64,000 bases of DNA, taken from an uncultured Lachnospiraceae bacterium. GTDB taxonomy: Bacteria > Bacillota > Clostridia > Lachnospirales > Lachnospiraceae. The position numbers were made by a program, and so were the translations under genes. The notes under the pieces were generated by a model, which searched no databases, was not told the origin of the DNA, and saw only the letters and a program-made list of their open reading frames with translations. The DNA lies in the NCBI GenBank assembly GCA_902782575.1, contig CACZNS010000027.1, positions 750-64,749 of the forward strand, written 5' to 3'. Shown here piece by piece: positions 42,668 to 52,931 of this stretch; position 1 is the first letter of the stretch, and each line of letters starts with the position of its first letter.

Positions 42668-43632
42668 CATACAGTAAAGCCGTCTTTCATGAAATAATGC
42701 AGGGTTATGAAAAGCGCCGGAATGAGGCTGCCAGGCTGCAGCGAAACCGAAAGGCGGAAATATACGATAAGATATCTGCGTATCGGCTGCTCGATCATCA
42801 GATCGCTGATCTTTCCGCAGCGGCTGCCGAGCGTTCCATCCTAGGCGATACGCTGGCTGCTTCGAAAGCGAAATCCGGGATTTCCGCTCTTACGGAACAA
42901 AAAAAAGCCCTGCTGATCCAAAACGGTTATCCGGACACATATCTGGATCCGGTCTATAACTGCCCGGATTGTAAGGATACAGGCTATATCGGTACGGAAA
43001 AATGCCACTGCCTGAAACAGCGGATCATAGACGCAGTCTATAGACGTTCCAATATCTATCCCAAGCTGAATGAAGAAAATTTCAATACGTTTTCGTTTGA
43101 TTATTTCACGGGTACTGCTCTTGAAGAAATGAAACAGATCTATAAAATCTGCCGTCATTTTGTAGATGAGTTTGCCAATATCTATAAAAATATGCTATTC
43201 TATGGTGAAGTCGGGAGCGGTAAAACGTTTTTATCGAATTGTATCGCCAAAGCATTGATAGATCAGGGTTATTCCGTTGTATATATAACGGCTCCCGAGT
43301 TATTTAATATTTTGAATGATCACGTATTCAGGCGGAACACATCATCCTATGACGAAGAGGCGTACCATATACTGTTTACCAGTCCTCTTCTGATCATTGA
43401 TGATCTCGGCACAGAAGTGACGAATTCCGCAACCATGGTTTCATCTGAACTGTTTGAGATTCTGAATGAGCGGGATATCGCACACCATTCCACGATCATT
43501 TCCAGCAATCTGTCATTTGATCAGTTGAAAGACAACTATTCGGAACGGTCTTTTTCGCGGCTGCTCGGAAACTATGAAACGATCAGGTTTAACGGTAATG
43601 ATATTCGATTGATGAAACGGAGGCAGTCATAG
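42664..43632 (+). CDS. DnaC/DnaI-like helicase-loader ATPase
   Basis: Zn motif CPDCKDTG..CHC, Walker A GEVGSGKT, LLIIDDLGTE, TIISSNL. Confidence 0.85.
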   Translation: MTYSKAVFHEIMQGYEKRRNEAARLQRNRKAEIYDKISAYRLLDHQIADLSAAAAERSILGDTLAASKAKSGISALTEQKKALLIQNGYPDTYLDPVYNCPDCKDTGYIGTEKCHCLKQRIIDAVYRRSNIYPKLNEENFNTFSFDYFTGTALEEMKQIYKICRHFVDEFANIYKNMLFYGEVGSGKTFLSNCIAKALIDQGYSVVYITAPELFNILNDHVFRRNTSSYDEEAYHILFTSPLLIIDDLGTEVTNSATMVSSELFEILNERDIAHHSTIISSNLSFDQLKDNYSERSFSRLLGNYETIRFNGNDIRLMKRRQS

Positions 43633-44819
43633 TGGCTCAACAACACGAAGAAAAACGAAATCTGGAAACGATTCCCGTTGGCTCTCTGGGTGTCATCCCG
43701 TTAGAGGGCTGCGGTGAGCTCGGTAAAAAGATCGACTACTATCTGGTCAAGTGGAGGACGGAACGTGAAAACGAGCACAAAAACTCCCTCGTCTTTTCCG
43801 GGTATCAGCGGGACAGCTATCTGCTCCATACCAAGCTGCCCAGGTTTGGCACCGGAGAAGCAAAAGGAATGATCACGGAGTCTGTCCGCGGAATGGATCT
43901 TTACCTTCTGGTGGATGTCTGTAACTATAGCGTAACCTACAGGATCTTCGGCGAAGAAAACCACATGTCTCCCGATGATCACTACCAGAATCTGAAGCGT
44001 ATCATTGCGGCAGTCGGCGGAAAAGCCAGGCGTATTACAGTTATCATGCCGTTTCTTTATGAAAGCCGCCAGCACCGGAGACAGAGCAGAGAATCTCTTG
44101 ACTGCGCTCTTGCTCTTCAGGAGCTTGCAAAAATGGGTGTGGATAATATCATTACGTTTGACGCTCATGATGCCAGAGTACAGAATTCCATTCCTCTTCA
44201 TGGGTTTGAAACGATCCAGGCTACCTATCAGTTTGTAAAAGGTCTGTTATATCATGTAAAAGATCTTACGATCGATGCAGACCATATGATGATCGTCAGT
44301 CCCGATGAAGGAGGAATGAGTCGCGCGATCTATATGGCAAACGTGCTTGGACTTGATATGGGAATGTTTTATAAGAGACGGGACTATACCAAAGTCGTAA
44401 ACGGGCGCAATCCGATCGTAGCGCACGAATTTCTCGGTTCTTCTGTGGAAAACAAGGATATTCTTGTGGTAGACGATATGATCTCCTCCGGTGAAAGTGT
44501 ATTGGAGGTAGCCGCAGCATTAAAGGCCAGAAATGCCCGCCGGATCTATATTGCCGCAACCTTCGGTCTTTTTACCAGAGGACTCGAACCCTTCGACAAG
44601 GCCTTTGAAGCCGGACAGATCGACGGTATCCTGACCACAAATCTTGTTTATCAGATGCCGGATCTCTTTCAGCGGGAATGGTATGTTTCCTGTGATATGA
44701 GCAAATATATCGCCTATATCATCGATACGCTCAATCATGATTCTTCTATCAGTGATCTTCTCATCCCGAATGACAGGATCCAGTCCATTGTTGCAAAATA
44801 CAAAAACGGCGAGATTTAA
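43632..44819 (+). CDS. prs: ribose-phosphate pyrophosphokinase (long clostridial type)
   Basis: RFGTGE, ESVRG, SPDEGG, VDDMISSGES PRPP loop. Confidence 0.88.
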   Translation: MAQQHEEKRNLETIPVGSLGVIPLEGCGELGKKIDYYLVKWRTERENEHKNSLVFSGYQRDSYLLHTKLPRFGTGEAKGMITESVRGMDLYLLVDVCNYSVTYRIFGEENHMSPDDHYQNLKRIIAAVGGKARRITVIMPFLYESRQHRRQSRESLDCALALQELAKMGVDNIITFDAHDARVQNSIPLHGFETIQATYQFVKGLLYHVKDLTIDADHMMIVSPDEGGMSRAIYMANVLGLDMGMFYKRRDYTKVVNGRNPIVAHEFLGSSVENKDILVVDDMISSGESVLEVAAALKARNARRIYIAATFGLFTRGLEPFDKAFEAGQIDGILTTNLVYQMPDLFQREWYVSCDMSKYIAYIIDTLNHDSSISDLLIPNDRIQSIVAKYKNGEI

Positions 44820-44839
44820 GCTTTAGCTCATAAAATACT

Positions 44840-47416
44840 TCATTTCAGATAGGTAATGAAACCGTTGCCGCTTCGTTCAAACAGGTCACGGCTGTCATTC
44901 AAACCGATTTTATGGATATCTCCGGCCTCCGGATCGAGGACGGAGATATTTTTTGTGTCATAGCCCACGATCAGCAGATTTCCCGTCTCCGTCACGGCCA
45001 GAACAGGAGTGTCATGTGCAATATAATACAGCATTTCATCCAGGCTGCACCCTTCCAGATCGAGTACTGTACCGTTTATCGTTTCCGCCAGGATCTCTTT
45101 GGCAGGATTTCCGTCCTGTACCTGGGCATCGGCATCCTGTACAATTCCTTCCAGATTATAGATTGTATCCAGACAAACAGCCAAGCCTGAGGACGCGGCT
45201 TTCTCCAATGCATCTTCCGCTGCCGTTTCGATCCCGCTGATCTGATACTCGTTATTTCTTCCCCCTTTGCGCCACACATAGACACCCGAATCATGGATCA
45301 CTACTCCCGAATCCCGATCGGCTGTGGCGACCGCTTCAGCAGGGTCGCTGTAAATAGCCGAAATAGCATTTTTTGCATAAACCGGATAGTAATCCTCAAT
45401 ATTCAGAAGATCGCCCCGGCCTTCCAGATCTACGATTCTTCCTCCTTCAAACAAAACCTCTTCGGGTGTCATCAATTGAAGCGCATCGGCTGCAACCGTC
45501 TCTTTAAGCTGTATCTCTGTAATGTTCTCCCTGTCCTCGGTGGAAACCGTTATAATTTTGTTTTTAACGCTCCCGCTGCTTCCGCCACCCATAATCTGAT
45601 CATCCGCGACTTCTTCATAGCGTCCTGTTTCCGGCGAAATGGCGATCCTTGACAGATGTATCGTATTTTCATCGATCACGACATCGGAAATATATGCGCC
45701 CCCGCCATTATATTCCTTTAACAGTTCGCCGCTTCGGTTTTCTATCCGGATCGTATTCATCGCATACCGCACAGAGCCGGTCGTTGTACGGATCAGATCT
45801 GTAGTTGCGGAGATACCGTAAACGAAATCCTCACCGATAAAACCCAATGGTGTATTTATACTTCTTGCGCCCGGTTCGATCACTCTCGATGCACCCGAGG
45901 AAAAATCCATCAGCGTAATGGAGCTTTCGCCCTCCTCTACTTCTACTTCGATCCCGGCTTTTCCGGTTCGCTCGGGCCGGTTAACCCAGGCAGCTGTCCT
46001 TCCGCTTGGAGAAGCAACAATATCGTCCATGGCTATCCCGCTTGCAATTCGTTCCGCCTGATGACTGTCAAGCAGAACACGGTAGATCGATCCGTCTAAA
46101 TACAGATAAAACCGGCTGGTCTGATCTGAATAGGACAGGATCTCCACATTATTTTTGTACATCTGATACGATCCGCCATACGGAATACACACTTCCTCCT
46201 CGATCGTATTAAAGGAACTGTCATAATAATAGATACTGGCACAGATTTCACCCTCATGCCGCCCCCGGTTCATATAGCCATAGACCATAAACCGGATATT
46301 ACCTCCCTCATCGATCGTCAGGACTCTGATATCATGATCATTAAATTTTGCTCTCTCATCTACATTTTCTTCATCTGTAAAAGAAAAGATCCTCACGATC
46401 CGTGAATCCGTACTGCGATAACAGTAAAGAGCTCCGTTCATGACAAAAGCCAACGCGTCTCCTTCACTGTTTTCCTTCATAACAATATCCGGATCATGAA
46501 TCCCGAGCATGATCTTATCATTAATAAAATGATCCCGGTCAGCATCAAAGATCTCATTCATCCCCCGTTCATATTCCAAAAGATACATTCGCTCTTCAGA
46601 ATATCTGATCCGAAAATACTCTTTGATCTCGTACCGGTATCTTGCTCCTTCCGGTCCTGCTTCTATCTCATATTCCTGGGAAAAAGACGCTGTGATCGGA
46701 TCCATTTCAAGAATTGTTGTTTCAATGCCGCTGATCAGCTTCGGGGAAAGATTGCCCCAGGTAACCTGACCTAAACTGGAATGTATATTAACCTTGGCAT
46801 AACTGGTATTATCACCTGTCGCGTCACTTTCCAGATACGTACCGATGGACTGAGCCATATCCTTATTAAATGTCCGGATCGTAAAGTCCCGGACAAACGA
46901 AGTCATGGCCTTCGTATGAAAATCCGGGGAATAGATGATGCGGGTATAGTAACGGATATCCTTCTGATCAGCATCCTTCAGTACTACACAAAGGGAATAT
47001 TCCTCCCCCGGCTCGATCAGATCCTTCACGGTAATATGTGCGTCAATCTGATCATCCTTCGCCGTAAACTGTTCTATTTCCGTCCTCTCGATCAGTCTGT
47101 CTCCATTCAGACTCCTGACTTCATAATACATGCCGGTGACTTCCGCCCCATACCGGGTAACATGCACATTGATCCCGCGTTCCGCATCCAGCGGAGACAA
47201 TGCTGCGCGAAATCGGGACAGATCCACTTCATTCCGGTATCCGTGCATAGTATTAACGGCATTTTCTGGCAGCGTGACATTCATAACCGGAAGCGATGCT
47301 GATGCCATATCGACTGTCAGATCCGCGCTGCCGCGATTGATATATCTGCTGATGAAAAATGCCGCTATAATAAAAACCACAAAAAATCCGGCGATCTTGA
47401 TCAGGGTTTCTCTCAT
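44840..47416 (-). CDS. large membrane-anchored hypothetical protein
   Basis: 858 aa, N-terminal TM, C-terminal C39-peptidase-like segment. Confidence 0.8.
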   Translation of the reverse strand: MRETLIKIAGFFVVFIIAAFFISRYINRGSADLTVDMASASLPVMNVTLPENAVNTMHGYRNEVDLSRFRAALSPLDAERGINVHVTRYGAEVTGMYYEVRSLNGDRLIERTEIEQFTAKDDQIDAHITVKDLIEPGEEYSLCVVLKDADQKDIRYYTRIIYSPDFHTKAMTSFVRDFTIRTFNKDMAQSIGTYLESDATGDNTSYAKVNIHSSLGQVTWGNLSPKLISGIETTILEMDPITASFSQEYEIEAGPEGARYRYEIKEYFRIRYSEERMYLLEYERGMNEIFDADRDHFINDKIMLGIHDPDIVMKENSEGDALAFVMNGALYCYRSTDSRIVRIFSFTDEENVDERAKFNDHDIRVLTIDEGGNIRFMVYGYMNRGRHEGEICASIYYYDSSFNTIEEEVCIPYGGSYQMYKNNVEILSYSDQTSRFYLYLDGSIYRVLLDSHQAERIASGIAMDDIVASPSGRTAAWVNRPERTGKAGIEVEVEEGESSITLMDFSSGASRVIEPGARSINTPLGFIGEDFVYGISATTDLIRTTTGSVRYAMNTIRIENRSGELLKEYNGGGAYISDVVIDENTIHLSRIAISPETGRYEEVADDQIMGGGSSGSVKNKIITVSTEDRENITEIQLKETVAADALQLMTPEEVLFEGGRIVDLEGRGDLLNIEDYYPVYAKNAISAIYSDPAEAVATADRDSGVVIHDSGVYVWRKGGRNNEYQISGIETAAEDALEKAASSGLAVCLDTIYNLEGIVQDADAQVQDGNPAKEILAETINGTVLDLEGCSLDEMLYYIAHDTPVLAVTETGNLLIVGYDTKNISVLDPEAGDIHKIGLNDSRDLFERSGNGFITYLK

Positions 47417-47425
47417 GGAGCTTAT

Positions 47426-49006
47426 CTATTCATTCCCACCGCTCTCAGGCGTTGTTTCCGAATCATCATCTGTATCTCCACCTTCATCTCCCGATGAATC
47501 GTCAGGTGAATCGTTGGATGAACTGCTGGTTGTCGTTTCCGGCGCACTGCTTGAAGAAGAAGTCTCCTTATCAGAATCAGAGGAATCCGCCGACGTACTG
47601 CTGGTTGTCGCTTCGGGCGTACTGCTGCTCGTCGATGATGTACTGCTGCTGGTACTGCTGGCAGAAGATTTCTTGCTGCTCGACGATGTGGAGCTCGTGG
47701 ATGTACTGGTACTGGTCTTGGTACTTGTCGACGATGTGGTCACGGCTGCCGGTCCTGCACTTGTGGATACAGAGCTGCCCCACAGGCTGCTGCCGTTTTG
47801 AAGAGATTCTTCCACTGTGCCGTAACCGGATGCCCGGCCTGTCCAGTACAGATAAAATACATGATGACCAATGATCGTACCTTGAATTCCCGGAACGACG
47901 GTTCTGAAAAACAGACAGTTTCCGATATTATTGGCTCCGTTCATAACTGCATCCGCCGCCTTGTAGCATTCCGCATTAGCACCCTCTGCCAGACGGATTG
48001 CCAGACGTCCGCTGGAAACAGGCTGAAACTGATGAGCCTGATAAACCACACCCACAACAGTATTCGGAAAAGCCGCACTGCAGACCCGGTTCATAATAAC
48101 AGCCCCGACAGCAATCTTTCCTTCATATGGTTCTCCACCGGCTTCACACTGAATGATCGCCGCCAACAGGTCCCGGTCGCTTGCAGAAAAGTTTACTTCG
48201 GAAAGATCCCGTTTTGCCATAGATTGGGACTTTCTGGCCAGTTCTTCCTCCTGCGCCAGCAAATTTTTCAGAGAAGCGATCGTACTCTGTTTTGCGATCA
48301 CGCTTGCTTCCCAGGCAAGAGCTTCTTTTTCCTTCTCGGAAATAGCTCCGGCATAACTGGTAATACTGTCTGACGTACTGTCTACCAGATCCTTAACCTT
48401 TTCCTGCTCGGCAACAACATCGCCCTGAAGGCTTTCCAGTTCCTGTCTTTCTACTTCAAGTCTTGCTTTCTTTTCCTCTGTGGCTTCCTTCAGATCCTGC
48501 ATCTTTCTAAGCATCTGGCGGTCATATTCAATCATCTTTTCAATATAGACCGCTTTATTCATAAACTGGGCAAAGCTTCCGGAATTAAATAAAAGATCCA
48601 GGTAGGTATTGTTCCCCTGCTCATAGATGACTTTGACCCTTGTTTTCACATAGTCATAATGATCCTCAGCCTCCTGCTCTGCTTCTTTCAATTCCTCTTC
48701 TGCGGCTTCGATCTCTTCTTCTTTTTCTATGATCTGATCCTCAATACCCGCAACCTTCTCTGAAACCTCGATCAGCTGATCGTTCAGGTTATTCAGGCTG
48801 TTTTCCAGAGCTTCTTTGGAATCTTTTAAGGTATCGATCGTATCTTTTGTCTGATCCAGCTTCTCCTCTGCATTCTTTTTATCCTGCTCCGCATTTTTCA
48901 GCTTATCGGTCGTATTCTCCGCTGAGCATATAACGTTCCCCCAGACACCTGCATAAAGGATTCCGGCTATAAGGATACTGACCCATTTTTTCCACTTGTT
49001 TTTCAT
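47426..49006 (-). CDS. secreted coiled-coil + SleB/Hydrolase_2 cell-wall hydrolase with Ser/Thr-rich tail
   Basis: Signal peptide, CwlO/PcsB-like coiled coil, IQCEAGGE..AVGAVIMNRV..QF..IGHHVF. Confidence 0.85.
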   Translation of the reverse strand: MKNKWKKWVSILIAGILYAGVWGNVICSAENTTDKLKNAEQDKKNAEEKLDQTKDTIDTLKDSKEALENSLNNLNDQLIEVSEKVAGIEDQIIEKEEEIEAAEEELKEAEQEAEDHYDYVKTRVKVIYEQGNNTYLDLLFNSGSFAQFMNKAVYIEKMIEYDRQMLRKMQDLKEATEEKKARLEVERQELESLQGDVVAEQEKVKDLVDSTSDSITSYAGAISEKEKEALAWEASVIAKQSTIASLKNLLAQEEELARKSQSMAKRDLSEVNFSASDRDLLAAIIQCEAGGEPYEGKIAVGAVIMNRVCSAAFPNTVVGVVYQAHQFQPVSSGRLAIRLAEGANAECYKAADAVMNGANNIGNCLFFRTVVPGIQGTIIGHHVFYLYWTGRASGYGTVEESLQNGSSLWGSSVSTSAGPAAVTTSSTSTKTSTSTSTSSTSSSSKKSSASSTSSSTSSTSSSTPEATTSSTSADSSDSDKETSSSSSAPETTTSSSSNDSPDDSSGDEGGDTDDDSETTPESGGNE

Positions 49007-49028
49007 AATGATCCCGTATTACCTCAAT

Positions 49029-49514
49029 CTAAACAATTAGTTTGATCTCCCGGCCCGTTCTTTCATATTTGCGGTAGGATACACCCGCCGCATCCAACAT
49101 CCTTCTGGATGCGATCGTAGAAGGCAGTGTTGCATATTTGTCACTGTCATAAACTATGGATTTGATTCCGCATTGAATAATGGCTTTTGCACATTCATTA
49201 CATGGAAATAAAGTCACATACAGTCTGGCTCCCTCGAGACTGCCCCCGCGATAATTCAGAATCGCATTTAATTCCGAATGTGTCACATAAAAATATTTAT
49301 TATCCAGCGGATCCCCTTCTCTTGCCCATGGAAAATCATCATCCGAGCAACCCTGGGGAAACCCGTTGTAGCCCATCGAAAGAATTTTGTTATCCTCGCT
49401 TACAATACAGGCTCCAACCTGTGAATTCGGATCTTTGGAACGCATCCCCGAAAGCAGGGCAACGCCCATAAAATATTCATCCCAGGATATATAGTCGAGT
49501 CTTTTTTCAGACAT
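49029..49514 (-). CDS. dCMP deaminase family protein
   Basis: HSELNAI and PCNEC Zn motifs; RSKDP. Confidence 0.92.
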   Translation of the reverse strand: MSEKRLDYISWDEYFMGVALLSGMRSKDPNSQVGACIVSEDNKILSMGYNGFPQGCSDDDFPWAREGDPLDNKYFYVTHSELNAILNYRGGSLEGARLYVTLFPCNECAKAIIQCGIKSIVYDSDKYATLPSTIASRRMLDAAGVSYRKYERTGREIKLIV

Positions 49515-49938
49515 TCTCTATTTCTCCGATCCGTCTGACATGTCTTTCTCCCCCGGAAAATTCCGTATCCAGGAAAATATCCAGAATCTCGACAGCCAAA
49601 CCCGGCCCGACGATATTCGCTCCCAGCGCCAGTATGTTGGCATCGTTGTGGAGACGTGTCATTTTTGCCATCAATCCGTTTGTACACAGGGCAGCTCGCA
49701 CGCCTTTGATCCGATTCGCCGAAATGGAAATGCCGATCCCGGTCGTGCAGATCAAAATCCCTTTATCACATTCTCCTCCTGCAACCGCCTTTCCGACTGC
49801 GTGTCCATATTCCGGATAATCACAGGACTTTGTATCATAACAGCCGAAGTCCTTGTATTCAATTCCCCGCTCATCCAGGTGTTTCATCAAAACCTGTTTT
49901 AATTCAAATCCGCCATGGTCACATCCGATTGCCAGCAT
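49507..49938 (-). CDS. rpiB: ribose 5-phosphate isomerase B
   Basis: GCDHGG, DYP, CTTGIG, HNDAN. Confidence 0.95.
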   Translation of the reverse strand: MLAIGCDHGGFELKQVLMKHLDERGIEYKDFGCYDTKSCDYPEYGHAVGKAVAGGECDKGILICTTGIGISISANRIKGVRAALCTNGLMAKMTRLHNDANILALGANIVGPGLAVEILDIFLDTEFSGGERHVRRIGEIENV

Positions 49939-49972
49939 GCTTTGTTCCTCCCCGATTATTATTTATCTGTAT

Positions 49973-51031
49973 TTAATCCGTCTCAATAATTTTGTGACCG
50001 GCGGCTTTTCCCAGCCGGTTCATGATCGCCATACCGATCCCAGTATCATTGAATGCTTCCGAATAGATCACATCTGCTTTGACCTCGTCGGCTCTGCGAA
50101 GAACCGAAAAAAGATTCCGGGCTATCTCTTCCTCATCTTTTTCGGAACCAACAGGAAAAACAATGGAACAATGATATCGCCCGGCATTTTCCGTGGAAGT
50201 GATCACTGCCGCCCTCTTTCCGGCTTCTTCATCTCTCTGTGTCAATCCATTGATGCAGGCTGCTACCTTTTCCGGTGCTCCTTTCACAATTGTCAGCTCT
50301 CCCTTCGGAGCATAATGACGATATTTCATCCCCGGTGCTTTCGGATGGACCTCTTGTGAAAGCCCAACCTCAATTGCCGGATCAACCGCTACTTCACCCA
50401 GGATCTCACGCAGCATCTTCAGGTCGATATAACCCGGCCTCAACAGACAGGGGGTTTTTTCCGTCAGGTCTATGATCGTTGATTCAAGTCCAATGCCAAC
50501 AGGTCCTCCGTCCAGAATCAATTCTATCTTTCCGTCGAGATCCTCTTTTACATGAGCTGCCGTTGTACAGCTTGGTCTGCCGGATCGGTTTGCAGACGGG
50601 GCTGCGATGAATCCGCCCGCTGCCCGGATAAACTCAAGCGAAACCGGATGAGACGGCATCCTGACAGCTACCGTTTCCAGTCCTCCGGTCGTTTCATACG
50701 GGACTTTTTCATTCTTCCGGAAAATCATCGTTAACGGCCCGGGCCAAAATCTGTCTGCCAGAAGAACTGCGGCATCCGGTATTTCCCGTACGATCTCTTT
50801 CAATGCCTCCCTTTTCGCAATATGCACGATTAGAGGATTGTCAGACGGACGGCCCTTTGCCCGGTATATTTTCGATGCTGATACCGGATTCAGTGCATCT
50901 CCCGCCAGTCCGTATACCGTTTCCGTCGGAATGGCTACAAGCCCCCCTTTACGTATGATCCTGCCGGCTTTTGCCATTGCCTCTCTGTCATTTTCTTTAT
51001 TTCCGGTTACCCGTATGACTTCTGTCTGCAT
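49973..51031 (-). CDS. tsaC: L-threonylcarbamoyladenylate synthase (Sua5 type)
   Basis: PTETVYGL, KGRPSDNPLIVH, APSAN, PGMKYRHYAP; start overlaps the upstream TAA. Confidence 0.93.
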   Translation of the reverse strand: MQTEVIRVTGNKENDREAMAKAGRIIRKGGLVAIPTETVYGLAGDALNPVSASKIYRAKGRPSDNPLIVHIAKREALKEIVREIPDAAVLLADRFWPGPLTMIFRKNEKVPYETTGGLETVAVRMPSHPVSLEFIRAAGGFIAAPSANRSGRPSCTTAAHVKEDLDGKIELILDGGPVGIGLESTIIDLTEKTPCLLRPGYIDLKMLREILGEVAVDPAIEVGLSQEVHPKAPGMKYRHYAPKGELTIVKGAPEKVAACINGLTQRDEEAGKRAAVITSTENAGRYHCSIVFPVGSEKDEEEIARNLFSVLRRADEVKADVIYSEAFNDTGIGMAIMNRLGKAAGHKIIETD

Positions 51032-52749
51032 TACGGCACCGGATAATAAGCGGAAATAACATCCCAGATATCCGATGTTTCCAGCATCAGTCTCCAGCAC
51101 GCCACTCCGGCCAATCCATGACTTTGCATTACACTTAATTTCGCGCTAATTGACTGCGAATCCTCCAGCCAGATGCTGTATAAGGCACCGTTCTGCTCAA
51201 ACTGGGCCATGTTCTGACATGTCACATCGTCCCAGACAGCTGTCTGACCATGATCTTTCAAAAACGTCTGTGCCTCTGCCATACCGACTGCCACACTGTC
51301 AACCGTTCCTCCTTCCGTTACCCACCTTCTGGTATAGAACGGAACCGCGTTGATCACCTTCTGAGCCGGTACATCGATCAGTGTATTTTCTATTCCATCT
51401 GTCACAAAATCAATGGATGCAACGGAACCGGCCTCTCCCGAAGCATTCGTATGCTCATCATAGCCCATAATGATCACATAATCACAGACTCTTCCCTGGA
51501 TATCGCGCCTGTAATAATCATTATAGCTTCTCGGAACGTAATTATCGACTGAAAGCACCAGTCCTTCCCGTCTTGTTAAGATTGAAATTTCCCTTAAAAA
51601 CTGTGCAAAATCTTCTCCCGATTCCTGAGGAAGCTGCTCAAAATCTATGTTCAGCCCATCCAGTCCGTTTTCCTTTGCCGCGGTGATCAGCTGGGCTGCC
51701 AGATTTTGCCGTGAAGAAGTATGAGACAACAGCACTTTACTGTCTATCGTCTCTGTGAAATTATCCACCATGCCCCAGACTTCCAGACCCATTTGATGAG
51801 CCTTTTCCACATAAGACCGGCTTGCGATACTCCTGATTGTACCGTCTTCATTTGCCACGCAAAACCAGGTCGGTGAAATAACATTCATTCCTTTTGTCTT
51901 TGATACCGCATCCTGAAATGTATCATTTCCATCCTCGGACGCCACATTATGCCAGCCTAGTACGATATTGTAAGGTCTGGTATTTCCGGTATATGCGGGA
52001 AGCGATACACCTGCTGCGGGTGAAGGCGTTTCTGTATATATATCTCCCAGTTTTTTGTTATCCACATAGCCTAAATTACCGTTTTCGGTTAATACATAAG
52101 AATATTTTTCGTCAGCAGAAAGGATCGTTACGGTTGATTCCCTTGGTAACTCTTCTATTACAGTAGCCTTATTATCCGCTTCTGTCCGCAGATATGTATT
52201 TTTCTCAACATCCGCCCTGTTTTCAGACTCCCACTTTGTGTCAAGAATTATCCGGTCCGGATCGGAAAAATATGTGCAGGAAAGATTTACATACTGTTTT
52301 ACCCAGTCCACCAGCACGTACACCTGCCCGTTACCCACAAAATAGCAGGTTTCTTCCGCCGTATCTACTCTGTCGGCAGTAGTCGCCAGCATTCTATTCT
52401 CATTCTGATCATAATAAAAAATCTCTTCAAAGCTGTTTGCCAGCGAAAGAGGTATATAAGGCGCTCCGTTTTTCATCAAACCTCTTTCTTCCGATCTCTC
52501 ATGATTCAGAATGATCAGCAGACTTCCTTCCGTATGTACATCGTAATAATCATTTAAGTCTGCTTTTTTTTTCGATTCTCCAAAGCCTCCAAAACCTCCC
52601 GTATCTTCGAACAGCCCGTTTCCAAAGCCGACCAAAGCTACAATTATGATCAATACTACCGCTACCAGTATCGGAAGGAACTGCTGCTTCTGCTTTCTTT
52701 TTTTTCTTCTGGGTCTTTCCTGTCTTCTTTCTCTGTTATCTAAACGCAT
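51031..52749 (-). CDS. membrane-anchored SH3 + glycoside hydrolase family 18 protein
   Basis: Basic N-terminus plus TM, SH3b-like segment, ISPTWF, DGLNIDFE, MGYDEH, PFY, WRL. Confidence 0.88.
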   Translation of the reverse strand: MRLDNRERRQERPRRKKRKQKQQFLPILVAVVLIIIVALVGFGNGLFEDTGGFGGFGESKKKADLNDYYDVHTEGSLLIILNHERSEERGLMKNGAPYIPLSLANSFEEIFYYDQNENRMLATTADRVDTAEETCYFVGNGQVYVLVDWVKQYVNLSCTYFSDPDRIILDTKWESENRADVEKNTYLRTEADNKATVIEELPRESTVTILSADEKYSYVLTENGNLGYVDNKKLGDIYTETPSPAAGVSLPAYTGNTRPYNIVLGWHNVASEDGNDTFQDAVSKTKGMNVISPTWFCVANEDGTIRSIASRSYVEKAHQMGLEVWGMVDNFTETIDSKVLLSHTSSRQNLAAQLITAAKENGLDGLNIDFEQLPQESGEDFAQFLREISILTRREGLVLSVDNYVPRSYNDYYRRDIQGRVCDYVIIMGYDEHTNASGEAGSVASIDFVTDGIENTLIDVPAQKVINAVPFYTRRWVTEGGTVDSVAVGMAEAQTFLKDHGQTAVWDDVTCQNMAQFEQNGALYSIWLEDSQSISAKLSVMQSHGLAGVACWRLMLETSDIWDVISAYYPVP

Positions 52750-52931
52750 TTTTCACCTACGATATTTTATACAATCAGTTACCATAATATCATAAAATTC
52801 GTCACATGAAAACTACAGAGCCGTAAACTATATTTGTTTTTTCGATGCTGTCAGCCGGGGCGCCGTTTGTCGCATGTCCAAAAATCTTATAGTTTCGACT
52901 CTGCAGTTCTATTAGGGTATTCTTTTATTCT

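Noticed and set aside
47429-47790. Periodic-looking DNA as a CRISPR array or tandem repeat
   Set aside because: Low-complexity Ser/Thr codons inside a CDS; no repeat-spacer structure
51630-51665. GH18 motif DGLNIDFE deviating from DxxDxDxE as a sign of inactivation
   Set aside because: Catalytic Glu is retained, and Asn at this position is known in peptidoglycan-active GH18 proteins of Firmicutes
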